Positions 51,888-64,000 of a stretch of DNA of 64,000 nucleotides are shown here, in pieces. A program made the translations under genes and the position numbers. The notes beneath the pieces were generated by a model, which was not told the DNA's origin, did no database searches, and saw nothing but the letters and a program-made list of their open reading frames with translations. The first letter of the stretch is position 1. Every line of letters begins with the position of its first letter. This DNA is from Eledone cirrhosa. Taxonomy: Eukaryota. The stretch is taken from the NCBI GenBank assembly GCA_964016885.1, contig OZ024746.1, positions 96,720,001-96,784,000 on the forward strand, read 5' to 3'.

Positions 51888-52476
51888 GTATAGTGCCCAT
51901 GGCACGTACCATCGGCGTCACATAAAGCTCTCACCAGCTTCCTCCCACTGGGATTTCTTATCCCGTCTTGACCCAACAGTCATCATCCATACACATGTCC
52001 ATACCAGCTGGCACATTACATCTCATTCTTCTTCTATGAAATTTTTCTCTCAGCTCATCCATTCTTCATTGTTCATACACATTAACATTGCTCTTCAATT
52101 GAAGCAATGTCACTTTATTTCTCTTCAGCTTTTCAAATCCTCTGCATTCACTACCTACACCTCACTACCACGCAACATCGCACATCACATGTAGATAGAG
52201 GCCTAACTAGGGTATGGCAAGCATGCCACATGAGCGTCACATGAAGTGGGTGCCACTTGGACTAGGAGCACGTTCTATTAAAGTCAAATAAGAGAGTGAA
52301 AAAAGAAACCCCTTCAGATGTATGATCTGTCTCTATCATGGGTGAGAACACTATGGTGGCTGGATCTTTAAACCATTTATATAAATTATTAAGGCCCATA
52401 GGTAAAAATACAGTGCTGGGCAGAGGCCCAATTTCACTGCTTGTCATAGGTGCTATTTTCCCTAGCTACACCTCTG
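51888..52476 (+). mobile_element. hAT MITE copy carrying about 270 bp of DNA that flanks the 20.3-20.6 kb copy
   Basis: 51926-52290 is an almost exact reverse complement of ~20528-20894. Confidence 0.85.
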
Positions 52477-53299
52477 ACCGTGTTTGACATGGCTGGCCCT
52501 TTGAATTAAAGGTACAACTCATTTTTGCCAGTTGAAATGAATGGGACAATATATATTAAAGTGTCTTGCTCAAGAATACAACAGTTTGTGAGCAGGAAAA
52601 CATTGGTTGTATAGATATTGAATTGGCAGTCATTCCAGATCTCTGTGCTCTGAGTTCAAATCCAGCCCAGGTCACCAATCATCATGGTGGTTGTCATCTC
52701 CTCCTTGAAGTTTAGCATCCTGAGACCAGTCTTCATCACTTAATCTAAAGGTTCTCAAACTTTTTGGGCCACTGCCCGCCTCACAGCCATGTAATACCCT
52801 CAGTGCTCCCACCCCTATTTCCAGAGAGACCTACCTACATGCAAATTGTAAATAATATAAAATCAATAAAATCGTTAATTTATATATAATAAAGATGGTG
52901 TAGGACAGAACAAAGGAGAGACACAACACAAAATAAAAACCTAGTCATTGAGGAGGTCACAGAATGTGTGACAAAAGAGCTTTGACAATATATAAACAAC
53001 CATCCGTTTATCGAACCAACCAACCAGCTGGAAATTTATAATAAATTGAAGTGAAAACCAACAGGTGTGTGTGTTTTTATTGGCAGCATGACCCTCCCAA
53101 AGTATAACAATATCTGTTTCAACACACGTTTTCAGATAAGAAATCTTGCAAATCAAATTAAAAAATAATATAATACATACTATGTATAAATATATATTAT
53201 ATATTTTTTATTTTACTATATTTATATACAATATGTATCATTATATATTTAATATACTATCATATCATTATATACTTAATATATTATCACAAATTCTCT

Positions 53300-53815
53300 G
53301 CATTCAAGGCCCATATCTTGCTACCATGCAGCATGGCACTTCATACACATGCATTATACAATCTGTTCCTCACTCTGAGAGAAAATCCTTTGTTACCAAC
53401 AAAGTTGATAGTGCTTCGAACTTCTTACAACCTATACTCACACTAGCTATTGTATTCTCAGAACATCCACTTCAACTGTTAATCCTTTAGCACGGTATTG
53501 CTCCACATGTCGCGATCCTTTGTCATCACCTCTGTGAGTCTCACTGATTTGAGGTCAGCTCTCACAACATCTGCTCAGATCTTTCTTCATCTACCTTTTC
53601 AGCAATTTCCTTCCACTGACATTTCTTCACCCAACGATCATTGTTCATGCACATCACATGTCCAAACCAACATAGTCTTCTCTCCTGCACACCACCTCGA
53701 ATTCCTTTTAAACCCAGCTTCTACTTCAACTCGTCCAAGTTCTACCTCTCTTACCACACTTAAATTGCACATCCAATGGAGCACGGTGGCTTCATTTCTC
53801 TCCAGTCTACGCATG
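53300..53815 (-). mobile_element. Degenerate RTE 3' region
   Basis: Reverse complement homologous to the RTE C-terminal coding region. Confidence 0.7.
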
Positions 53816-54014
53816 CATATATATATCTACTGCAGTATATATATATCTACTGGTATCCACTTGTTTATACTGGAGCTGATAACAGAACTGAATGTAACCT
53901 TGAAGAGATAATTTAAACGAGATTAGGCAGTGATTACTATAGTTTTTGTAGTAGGCTCTCATATAGAGAGACTAGAAATAGGTAGTGACATAACCACTGC
54001 CTGTTAGTCAGTAT

Positions 54015-54510
54015 GTATCTTAAGAATATATCTTAACCCTTTAGTGTTCAAACCGGCCAGAATTCTCTACCTTTTTCTGTTGAAACTGGCTGCTCAAACT
54101 GATGTTAAGGTATTGTTCTCAAAATAAATATTTTCAAAATCTCATAGATTCGATATTATGTGAGGTAATTATGTGAGGTAAAGTGTTTACCATGAAAATA
54201 TAATAGTGTATATAAAATAATGTGAATGCTAAAGGGTTAAGTATGGTCATTTCGTACCCTGTATCGAGCATCACTTGGTATCGGTGTCTCCCAGATGGGC
54301 ATCAATACGAGAAGCGATAGTTAAACTTGAGTGGGTGGTTGGTCCACTCCTTCTCGAGCCTTGACTTAGAAATGTTGACTGACGGTGCGTCAACTGTTTC
54401 TTGTTTGAGGTTGTTCCAGTGGTTGATTGCACGGGCAGAAGTGGTTCCTAGGACTTGGTTGGTGTTGCACCTGGAGTTTCCAGTTTTGTCCTCGGGTAGT
54501 CCTGAGTTTA
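54015..54510 (-). mobile_element. CR1-clade LINE 3' end, with a TTAA MITE inserted in its tail
   Basis: TTRGQNWKL..., RAINHWNNL...VDAPSVNISKSRL; 3'UTR matches 59315-59440. Confidence 0.82.
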
Positions 54511-54692
54511 CAGTTCTCTGATTTGCTGACAATTGAGATATAAAAGTGAAGCTGTAAAAACAACGATCGCTGGGGTTGTACATTTTTTTTTATTACTATC
54601 CTTCTCTGGTATATTATTCCAGCCGACAGGGTGAGGCCATGCTGGTGCACCGCTATACATGTAGTAAAAATAAATAAATAAAAGGATACTAT

Positions 54693-55453
54693 TATAGAAG
54701 AATACCCCAATCGATTTCAGTTGGGGAAAAAAAACTTTCCTCGCTTTTTTTGTCGTTTTTTTTTTGCCTTTTTTTTTTCGTGTGCTATCAACTAATCTAA
54801 CCTCCAAGAAGCTGGCAATGTACGATTTATTTTTTTCGCTTGTTATCAACGAATAGAACCCCCAAACCAGTCGGAAACAACTAGAATTGTAGATAAAGTG
54901 GGGTGAAAAGACCACTGGGTTTTACAGATATACACAACTCTCCGATTTGGGGTGAAATAATTATCTTTCCTCGATTTTTTTTCTGGACCTCTTAGATGCT
55001 TGCAATAGACTTTTTTTTTCTAGGGTTAGGGTTAGAGTTAGGTACAGGGTTAGGGTTAGGGTTAGGTACACGGTTAGGGCTAAGTTTAGGGTTAGGTTTA
55101 GAGTTTCCGTAAAAAGTCAATTGCGCGCATCTAAGAGGTCCAGAAAAAAAAAGTAAAAAACAATTAACGGTTATTTCCCATCAGACATGAGAGGTGTGTA
55201 GATCTGCGAAACTCTGATGTTCTTTTTAACCCCTTTCGCCCCCTTTTTCTACAAATCTAGTCGTTTCCGACTGGTTTTGACGATCTATTCGTTGATAACA
55301 AGCGAAAGAAAAAACTAAAAAAATAATAATCGTAGGGAGAACTCTTTCCCCGAAAAAAATAACTCGATTGCCAGCTTCTTGGGGGTTAATAGCACAAGAA
55401 AAAAAACGAGGAAAAAAATGTTTTCCTACTGAAATCAAGTGGGGTGTTTTATA
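54693..55453. mobile_element. Fold-back element with long imperfect inverted arms and central degenerate (TTAGGG)n
   Basis: Arms 54693-55018 and 55108-55453 are reverse complements; telomeric-type repeats at 55020-55103. Confidence 0.85.
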
Positions 55454-55980
55454 AATTTACCCATAAATGTACCTAAAATTATACTAAATGAATTTTTCGT
55501 TATAGTTATGCTATGAGTATAAATATTTCATTCGCATAATATTATAAGTAACATAGGATAACATTTAAAATTCTATTAGTGTTCTAAAGATAGAGTATAT
55601 ATAATAACTATAACAGTTATAGAGAACAATACATTTTTTTTAGCAGGATTAATTATTTTTCTATAACGCTCTAGACGACACATAACCGGGTAGTATCGCC
55701 GAAACCGGGTAGCATGACGTAATATCTGTAGAGAGTAGCCTAGCCAGGATTTACAAGTCTGTTAACATTTATTGCTCTTTAGCTCACTATAACTTTTCCC
55801 ATCTTTCTATCATAGTCCCCACCCCCACTCTGACTGTGAGAGAGCGAGAGTGATGGAGCAGCGAAAATAAACTTGATTTATTTCGTCAAAATGTACCTTA
55901 TATACATATATATTTGATAAATATAATAATTATTCTCTTCATATAGTCAATAGATGCATATATGATAGAATTATCTTATA

Positions 55981-56293
55981 CAGTTGTCCCCCGGTATTCG
56001 CGGGGCGTTGCGTTCCTAGAGCACCCGCGAAGAGTGAAAAACTGCGAATATTGGACGTGGTCAATAAAAATGCTTATAAATGTCAAAACATAACGTAAAA
56101 TATAGACCGGCAAATACGGTATATTGTTATTAATAATTTAGCATTGAAGAGCATGAAAAAAATATATATTGCCACGAAAAAAGCCATAAAAAATCGCGGA
56201 AGATATTAACGTTTCTGCGAATATGCGGTGGTTTCTACGAACAATTATTAGTTATGTTCTGAAGAAAATTCCGCGAATGCCGGGGGTACATTG
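55981..56293 (+). mobile_element. Tigger/pogo-like MITE
   Basis: TA|cagttgtcccccggtattcgcgg...ccgcgaatgccgggggtacattg|TA. Confidence 0.8.
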
Positions 56294-57425
56294 TATTTTT
56301 AAATAATAAATATATACACAAACCGGTTTTCATAATATTTTCAGACTGGTACATAGAAGCATGTACGACAACGTCTGTATAAGCCACACGTGCATCTGTG
56401 TTTATATGGATACAGTAGATACAAATATCAAATTTTGTCACAAGTATAGCATTTTTCCTAAACCATGAGATCGGAGACATACGCGGATAGAGAGAGTGAG
56501 AGATACAAACAGGGAAGGAGAAAGAGAAGGTGTGTATGTGAATGTTGGGCGTGAAGAAATGTGTTGTTAAAGGCGTCCAAAGTTAAGACATGGGAGGACT
56601 TTGGGGTTAAGCTGGAATCCGACTTCAGATCAGCAAATAAAGTGTTTTGGTAGACTATTTGCCGACTTCGTAATAAGACGCCCTCCTCCACACCTGCTAT
56701 CAAAAACGCGTCTAGTGTTCCCCTCTCTTCAGACAGGTGCATCCTAGCAAGGTGGAGAGAATACTTTGCTGATCTCCTAAACCCGATCACAACAGCATCT
56801 TCGGATGCACATGAAGTGCATCAGGGAGCGGTGACTAATCTCTCAGAGGTTGAGGTAACAAGAGCAGTTAAAGAGCTCAAATGTGGCAAGGCAGCTGGGG
56901 AATCCGATCCGAGATGGTGTTTGACAGAGGCCTGCGCTTCACTCCAAGTCATATATGGACTACAACAAGGTTGATTTTGCTGCCATTACCCAGGAATTGA
57001 ACATTGACTGGGACAACAAACTTCGATGTAAAACCACACAAGAAATAAATGTATTGATACATCAATTACAGAAACTGTCAACCGCTATACTCCATGCAAG
57101 ACCAAAGTTCTTATGGATGAAAGCACTTCAGAAGACCAAGAAGAAGCATAAATACTGGATCCGGTATCTAAATACAAAAGAACAGTCAATACCACTTCAG
57201 ATTACTACAACCAGAAATGAAGCAGTACTCGAAATGAGAAAAGCCCGCAGAAAATTTGAAACTAAACTCGCAAAAGAAATGAAAACAAACTCAATAGCAT
57301 TTTGGAATAATATTAACAGTCATCGAGTGACCAAGGCAGCAGTGGCAAATCTCCAGGATGATCACGGCAGACGTGTAACAGATGATAAGGATAAAGCTGA
57401 TATCCTAAATAAACAATACCCTAGA

Positions 57426-57581
57426 GCAGCGGTTGTCAACCTTTCGGATCCCACGGACCACTAAATTCATAATTTTAAATCCCGCTGACCACTAATATGA
57501 ATTTAAAAAAAAAGTTAAATACATTAAAATTTTTCTGCGGACCACCAAAATTTTCTTGCAGACCACTGGTTGGCGGCCGCT
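57426..57581 (+). mobile_element. hAT (Charlie-like) MITE inside CR1
   Basis: TIR cagcgg...ccgctg, imperfect 8-bp TSD ccctagag/ctcaagag. Confidence 0.7.
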
Positions 57582-58099
57582 GCTCAAGAGTATTTACAGA
57601 CGAACTCTTAATCCAACTGCCGCTTTTTACAGACAAACAACTTATATCAGAGATCCAGATTACCATCACCAGTAATAGGGTTCGTAAAAACTTGAGGCAC
57701 TCAGAATTGACAAGTCTCCTGATCCGGAAACTATACACATTAGTGTGTTAAAGGAACTGGTCGGAATACTGGTAACACCTTTAAACATCATATTCAAACA
57801 GAGTCTCTCTGAGGGCGAAGTACCCACACAGTAGAAATCAGTTACAATCATTCCTATATTTAAGAAAGGTAAGAGGACAGATCCGGCTAACTATAAACCG
57901 GTATCTCTGTCATTTGTTATATCAAAAGTGATTGAAAGGATAATATCAGAAAAGACATCACAAAACACTTGAAGAACAACGCCTTAATGTGTAGAGATCA
58001 ACCTGGCTTCACTTGTGGGAAATCTATAACAACCAGATTGAAGCACTGGATTTATGGATAGAAGCTCTAAGTTATAATCTACCAGTATATATTTCAGTG

Positions 58100-58600
58100 C
58101 AGAAGTAAATGATAAAGTAGAAAATCAAACTTTCCAGTTGTTGTCTTCCTGTTTCTTCTACAACAACTACAACGGTACGCGATGGGGCCCACCCACAGCC
58201 CCGGTGGACAGAATGGAGAAGGCGTTTCCCCGGAGGACGGCAAGGGAGACGCACTGGAAAAACCGCTCCAACTCGCGGGGTTCACACCTGTGACTGGCCA
58301 GCTCAGCACCTATGGTGGTGAGTAAGGAGGTAGCCCTGGGCCGAGGACACCAGAAGTCTTCACTGCCAGGGGTACGACCGCAAACCTGTCGAAGAGCGAC
58401 CGGTATTTGAGGAGTTTGGCCTCCTCAGTCCGACGTGCAGCAGAACCTGGGTGAGTCGCAGACTGCACCAGGTTGCGGCTGCAGAAAGTGTCGGTGCAAG
58501 TGGCATCGCAGACGAGGGGGTTTGCCACCGCGGAACGGGAAGATGGTCATGCCATCTGGCCTTTTGCCGTCCCCTCGATCCAGCCCCACCGGCTCGAGCT
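58100..58600 (-). mobile_element. CRE-like REL endonuclease fragment inside CR1
   Basis: GDGKRPDG...LVCDATCTDTF...EEAKLLKY...PLAVKTSGVLG...GNAFSIL. Confidence 0.82.
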
Positions 58601-60603
58601 GATGTTATCTTTCAGGACTATGCAAAAGCGTTTGACAAGGTTCCGCATGAACGACTGCTGAAACAGATAGAAACTTTTGGGATCAAAAGCAATATACTGG
58701 AATAGATGAAAAATTTCCTGATATTACGGAAACAACGTGTCTCAGTCAACGCACTTTTTCAGAATGAGTGGAAGTTAGGAGCGGTGTACCACAGGGTACA
58801 GTTCTGGGTCCCCTCCTGTTCTCACTTTCTGTCAATGATATCCCAGCATTAAAGAGAGTTCTATCTCGATGTTTGTTAACGATACAAATATGTATCAAGC
58901 AATAGCAGATGGACAAGAAACTACGAGACAAACTTGCAAAACGATCTCAAACAGCTTCAATCGTGGTCCAACGGCATGTAAATAAAATTCCACCTAGAAA
59001 AATGAAAAGTAATGCATATTGGCCGCGGTAATTCTGGCAAAGAAAGATGGTACAATTCACACACTTCTTTAGGTAAAAGAAGATAAAGACTTGGGAGTTA
59101 TCATCGACAATGACTTAACATTCAAGCACAAGTCAACAAGGTAAATAGAACTGTGGGTGCTCTGAAGCACACCTTTGCACTAGGCAAACAGTCCTTCACA
59201 CTCCTGTACAAAAGCCTGATACGTCCACACCTTGAGTATGCTCCCGTTATATGGGTACCCAATTTAAAGAGAGGCAAGGACATGATTGAAAATGTGCAGC
59301 GAAGAGCAACCTGTATTGATGCCCCTCTGGGTAGCATCGATACCACGTGATGATCGATACTCAGAAGAGGATCATCTCTATTTTGGTATGAGTCTAATTA
59401 CCCTTACGGGGTACCAAATGACCACACTTAAGATATATACTTAAATAGAGAAGGTATTCTCTCGCTGACTCGTATGTGTTGGGTGGCCTGGATCTCTGGA
59501 AAGGCACCTAAGCCGACCAAATATTCACACTGCAGCAGGCATTCGAGAAATCGTGGGAGTATTTCCAAGAGGTATATTCTTATTTGGAGAAGGCACATGA
59601 CCGCTTTCCTCGAGACCTGCCGTGGAAGGTTGTGCGGGAGTATGGAGTTGATGGTCAGCTTCTTGTTGTCTTAATGTCTCTACATGAATGCTCAAGTGTT
59701 TGTCCTCGGGTAAATGGTGCTAAATCGAAACCATTCAATGTGGGAGTCGAACTCCGCCGAGGCTGCGCACTATCACATCTCCTGAACATTATTTACACGA
59801 ACGGGATTGATATGCGCAGCCGGGTTGGAAGTGATATCATGACTGGCTGGTGTAACATCAGTTGGCTGCAGACGACATGGTGTTACATAACTCGACAGGT
59901 GATCTCCGACTTGCACTTGATAGGTTTGATGCCGAGTGCTGCAAAAACTGAGCCCCCCCTCCTCAAGAAAGCATGAGCAACATTACATGAAAATGGAAGT
60001 CCACTGAAAGCGGTTAGAGAAGTTCAAGTACCCCGGGGACGTGTTCACAAGTGATGGAAGGCAGCAAGAATTGCAGGAGCTGGTACAGTAATTGCACTAG
60101 CTTCAGAATTCAGTAAGAAGAGAGGTAGGCGAAAAACCATACTCGCTATCTTCAATTCGGTATTCGTGCCAACCCTTATTATATGGTCATGAATCGTAAG
60201 AATACGATCGTGAATACAAGCGGCCGAAATGGGGTTCTTCTGAAGGGTTTTTGGAGTAACGTTACTTGATATATTGCGTAGCTCGGAGATCAGATATTCA
60301 CTCCAGGTAGAATCACTACTACTCCGAATTGAGAGATCACAGCTCCGATACTATGGGCATGAGGTTAGAATGTGTCAGGAGAGAATCGCTGGACAGATTT
60401 TACGGGCAAAACCAACCGGCAGGAGACCCAGAATTAAAAGCCAACGACGACGACGGCGGCGGCGGCGACTAGTTAAACGGCAAGTACAGTGGTACCCAGC
60501 AAAAAACCTCATTTGCTCTCATAGCCAATACACGTTCTATTATGAACCAGTCATTGAATCTATCTATTTATACGTATTTATGTGTATGTATATACATGTT
60601 TAT

Positions 60604-60647
<44 letters not shown>

Positions 60648-60705
60648 GAAAGTATAGAAATTATATATATATGCACGCACACACAGACACGTATATATAT
60701 GCACG

Positions 60706-60737
<32 letters not shown>

Positions 60738-61613
60738 CACACGTGTTTGTGTGCGCGCGCGCGCAAATGTTAAGATACGAAAATGTTCATTTCGATTTTA
60801 TTAAAGTTCAAATGGAATATTTTACAACATATAAAGCAACAAACAGAGCTGTGTTTTTACACAAATAGTGATTAGCCACATCCAGTCATTCCAATATTAT
60901 ATATATAAAACAATTGCGAGTGTTGTCAGCCTTGTTTATGCAGAATCATGATCAAAAGCATTCTAGCTACCTCCATCCCGTCCTTTTCATATGTACAAAG
61001 AAGAAAGGACCACATTACCACTCAACGTGTGCCGATGCTTTTTTAAGACCACAGGGTGTTAGTTGTGTTAGTTGAGAGATATTTTGCTGCTCTTTCTAGC
61101 AGGTCGTGGATCACATAGAGACTCTGAGTCAATGCGTATAGAATATTTTCGAGGTAATACAAAATGAACTCGGTGCATTTAACAAGTATAATTAGAATAG
61201 TGTTATTTTTAACCCACAATAAATTATTTTATTTTGATAGTGGTATTACTTAATCATTTACAAAATATATTCTAAACGAAATACATACTGTTTTTTTATG
61301 ATACCAAAATGCAAAATAAATATATATAAAAAAAAAATCAAGTTCCTACTGTAACACGATTTAAAAAATATAACATTAAATCATATATTTATAGGTATTA
61401 ACACGGTGAATTTTTTTAAATCATTTTGTTTAATGAAATAGTACTGTAATTTAGAGCAATAGGATGTTTGTTACCGTAACGGAATAAGAGAGAGAAATAT
61501 TTACGGATATTGAATTTTGTAGTGGGGTTCAACAAGAGAATATATATATATATGTATGTTGATTTAAAACTTCACTATTCACAAGTGTTTTTTAAGCTTC
61601 ATATCATGTATCC

Positions 61614-61686
61614 CTAGTTTATCTGATGAAAACGCAGATATCATCCCATGATGATATTTGTTTTTGAAATGCGCATAATAAAATAC
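61614..61686 (+). ncRNA. Type I hammerhead ribozyme motif (same family as 6900-7149)
   Basis: tagtttat CTGATGA aaacgcagatatcatc-ccat-gatgatatttgttttt GAAA tgcgca TA ataaaata. Confidence 0.82.
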
Positions 61687-61715
61687 TTGGAACTCTTTTA
61701 ACCATCTTTTGATCT

Positions 61716-61777
<62 letters not shown>

Positions 61778-62700
61778 GTGTAAAATCATGACCGCGGCGC
61801 CAAATGATTTCGTTTTGTGTGTCACATGCCGAAACCGCTTGGCGCCGCGGAGAGGATTTTTACATATGTCTATACCAACTCTTTATCTCTCCATGTATTG
61901 AGTACTCTCGTGATTATTGGTCGTTTCGGTTTCAGCACCGCAGACTCTCTCTCTCTATATATATATATATGGGAGCTATATATGCGATATTAGAAATAAC
62001 CGTTTCTACTTTTTAGGCACAAGGCCAGCAATTACGCAGTACATTACTGGTACTTTATTTTATCGACCCCGTAAGGATGAAAGGCAAAGTTAACCTCGGC
62101 AGGATTTGAACTCAGATTATATTAGAAATAACGTTACATATAAGCACAAGCAAATGCTCTCACACGCACACACGCGCAGAGAGAGAAAGATAGTTTTAAT
62201 AGCTGCAGTAAAAGACAGTTCAAGGGAGGTAATAAAGTAGATATTACACCTTTTCTCAATTAGAATTAGAATCTTTTGTCTGAACAGAACAGGATATATT
62301 TTACTGCGTGTTGACAGTCAGATTTTATCCTTGTAAAATTTAATATTGTGATTTTAAATAAAATTTCAAGCTTTAATAGGTGACAGGTTTGTTTAATATT
62401 GCTGATTAAATGATCAATGTCATTATAACATTATTTCTGTTTCGAGGCAGAATTACTCATTCCCCCCACAAGAAAACTTTAGACAACGAATATTTTCATT
62501 CTCACTCATATATCTATCTATCTAAGGCGGGTAAAATTCCCGAGATCCATGGACGAGTTCTCTCCAGCGGTCTCTGTCCCTCATATATATATACATATAC
62601 TTTATATGTATGTGTTTTATAAACACACACGTATATATATTTTCTATCTTAATTTCATTGTGGTTTACTTCCATTTCTTAACGGAACACTAGTCTACCAT

Positions 62701-62744
<44 letters not shown>

Positions 62745-63925
62745 CCAGACCAACCTGAAATAAAATTATATTTATATATAATGATAATAATAATAAAAAG
62801 GGCTAGGCGATAAATCTTCATTACATTTATTAACGTTACAATCCCTAAACTATATATATTATTATAATTAAAGTAATATATACTTTCATATACAACTCTA
62901 TTATATATAAATCCATGAACACAGTACTATGAATTCATGACGTTGATGCACGTAAGATCACTTTAGACTTGTATATGTAGATAGTAATACATATATATTC
63001 AAGACAACTTACTCTATCGCTATACATTAGTGTCTATTATATACACATATATAAAGTGTGTATAATACAGTAAACAAAATAATCTGTAATATTTGAGACG
63101 ATTAATAATTAGAAGCAGAATATATATGAACAAATATATGTGCGTGTATATATATATGTGTGTGTGCGTAGAATAATGTAGGTTGAGCACATGATCAAGT
63201 TATGATAGACAACTTCACCGGAAATGCTGATGATGAAAGTGACGGACTTTGCCGATGTAGGCGTACGGAGATTGACGAAGTGCGAGTGGCGAATACGTCC
63301 GAAAGAAACCGAGTAGCGAGGATTCGGTGCTCGTATTTCAGATTAACTTAGTTGAAGCCTAGAACTGCGGCTGAGCTAGTTGACGCATTTTGCAGCGGCG
63401 CGCTCTTGTACTAGTAATATCTATATGGACCATGTCTTCGTCTAGATTAAAATTTTTCATCAAGAGATGTCGATTGAAACAACCTATTGTTCGATGAAAG
63501 ATATATCACTCTTATGATTAAAAATCCCACCACACAAATTTGATGTTTAAACTGGTAAGTTGTAACTATTTTCCGTCATACCGTTAAAAATTTTTCAGTT
63601 AATTTTTCTTCCGAATTAGCTTTAACATTCATTCAACTTAAATGATTCATAATTACTTCTCGTCATATTTATTTCTATTGTAATTGGGGGTGTCCCTCTC
63701 TTCCTCATTTGTTGATTCTTATATCAACTATATTCAGTCTGGGTCTTCTTTTTTAATTAAATTTCAAGCATGAATTTCTTCGTGGTTGAAGAATCTCGTG
63801 TTTTGAGTAACATAAACTCGATATCTATACTAAGAAGTGAAAAATACAAAACAAGTTCCGTACAGAGAAGACAAATTTATATAATAAAAAAAATCTTTAT
63901 TCTATAACTTTATGGACAATCGTGT

Positions 63926-63975
<50 letters not shown>

Positions 63976-64000
63976 GTACTCTGAGTAATGGTCTAACCAG

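Larger units (their letters stand above)
56915..59440 (+). mobile_element. Degenerate CR1-clade LINE
   Basis: IPIFKKGKRTDPANYKPVSL, DYAKAFDKVPH, SGVPQGTVLGPLLF, KDLGV, LYKSLIRPHLEYA motifs. Confidence 0.9.
56600..60430 (+). mobile_element. Rex3/Expander-like RTE interrupted by a CR1 insertion
   Basis: 5' part ends KELKCGKAAG...(~56910) and resumes LNREGILSLTR... at ~59441, continuing through RT motifs to the 3' coding end. Confidence 0.8.

Noticed and set aside
55020-55103. True telomere or chromosome fusion site
   Set aside because: Short, degenerate, single orientation and enclosed by inverted arms of a repeat
63225-63245. ctgatga...gaaa as a hammerhead (also isolated ctgatga at ~19651, 21461, 30388, 48058)
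   Set aside because: No flanking stems I and III can be formed

Overview
AT-rich eukaryotic (animal) genomic DNA made almost entirely of repeats. The mix of RTE-clade LINEs with (GAT)n tails, tRNA-derived SINEs and dense (TA)n/(CA)n microsatellites resembles an octopod cephalopod genome; this is an inference, not proven. No host protein-coding gene could be recognised with confidence. Almost all ORFs in the track are retrotransposon fragments or low-complexity artefacts. The window holds 5'-truncated RTE LINEs of several families (one with a 444-aa RT ORF containing an internal PHD finger), Rex3/Expander-like RTE, CR1 and CRE-like (restriction-like endonuclease) fragments, many SINEs, hAT-, piggyBac-like (TTAA) and Tigger-like MITEs, and several minisatellites derived from transposon sequence. 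The most notable signal is a set of short, sequence-diverse, fold-back elements, mostly sitting in (TA)n tracts. Several carry type I hammerhead ribozyme motifs and most share a conserved 3' stem-loop, consistent with Penelope-like/retrozyme non-autonomous elements. Also notable are a fold-back element with central TTAGGG repeats and a hAT MITE that appears to have copied flanking DNA from a sister copy about 31 kb away. Coordinates were read by eye; the ends of degenerate repeats are approximate.
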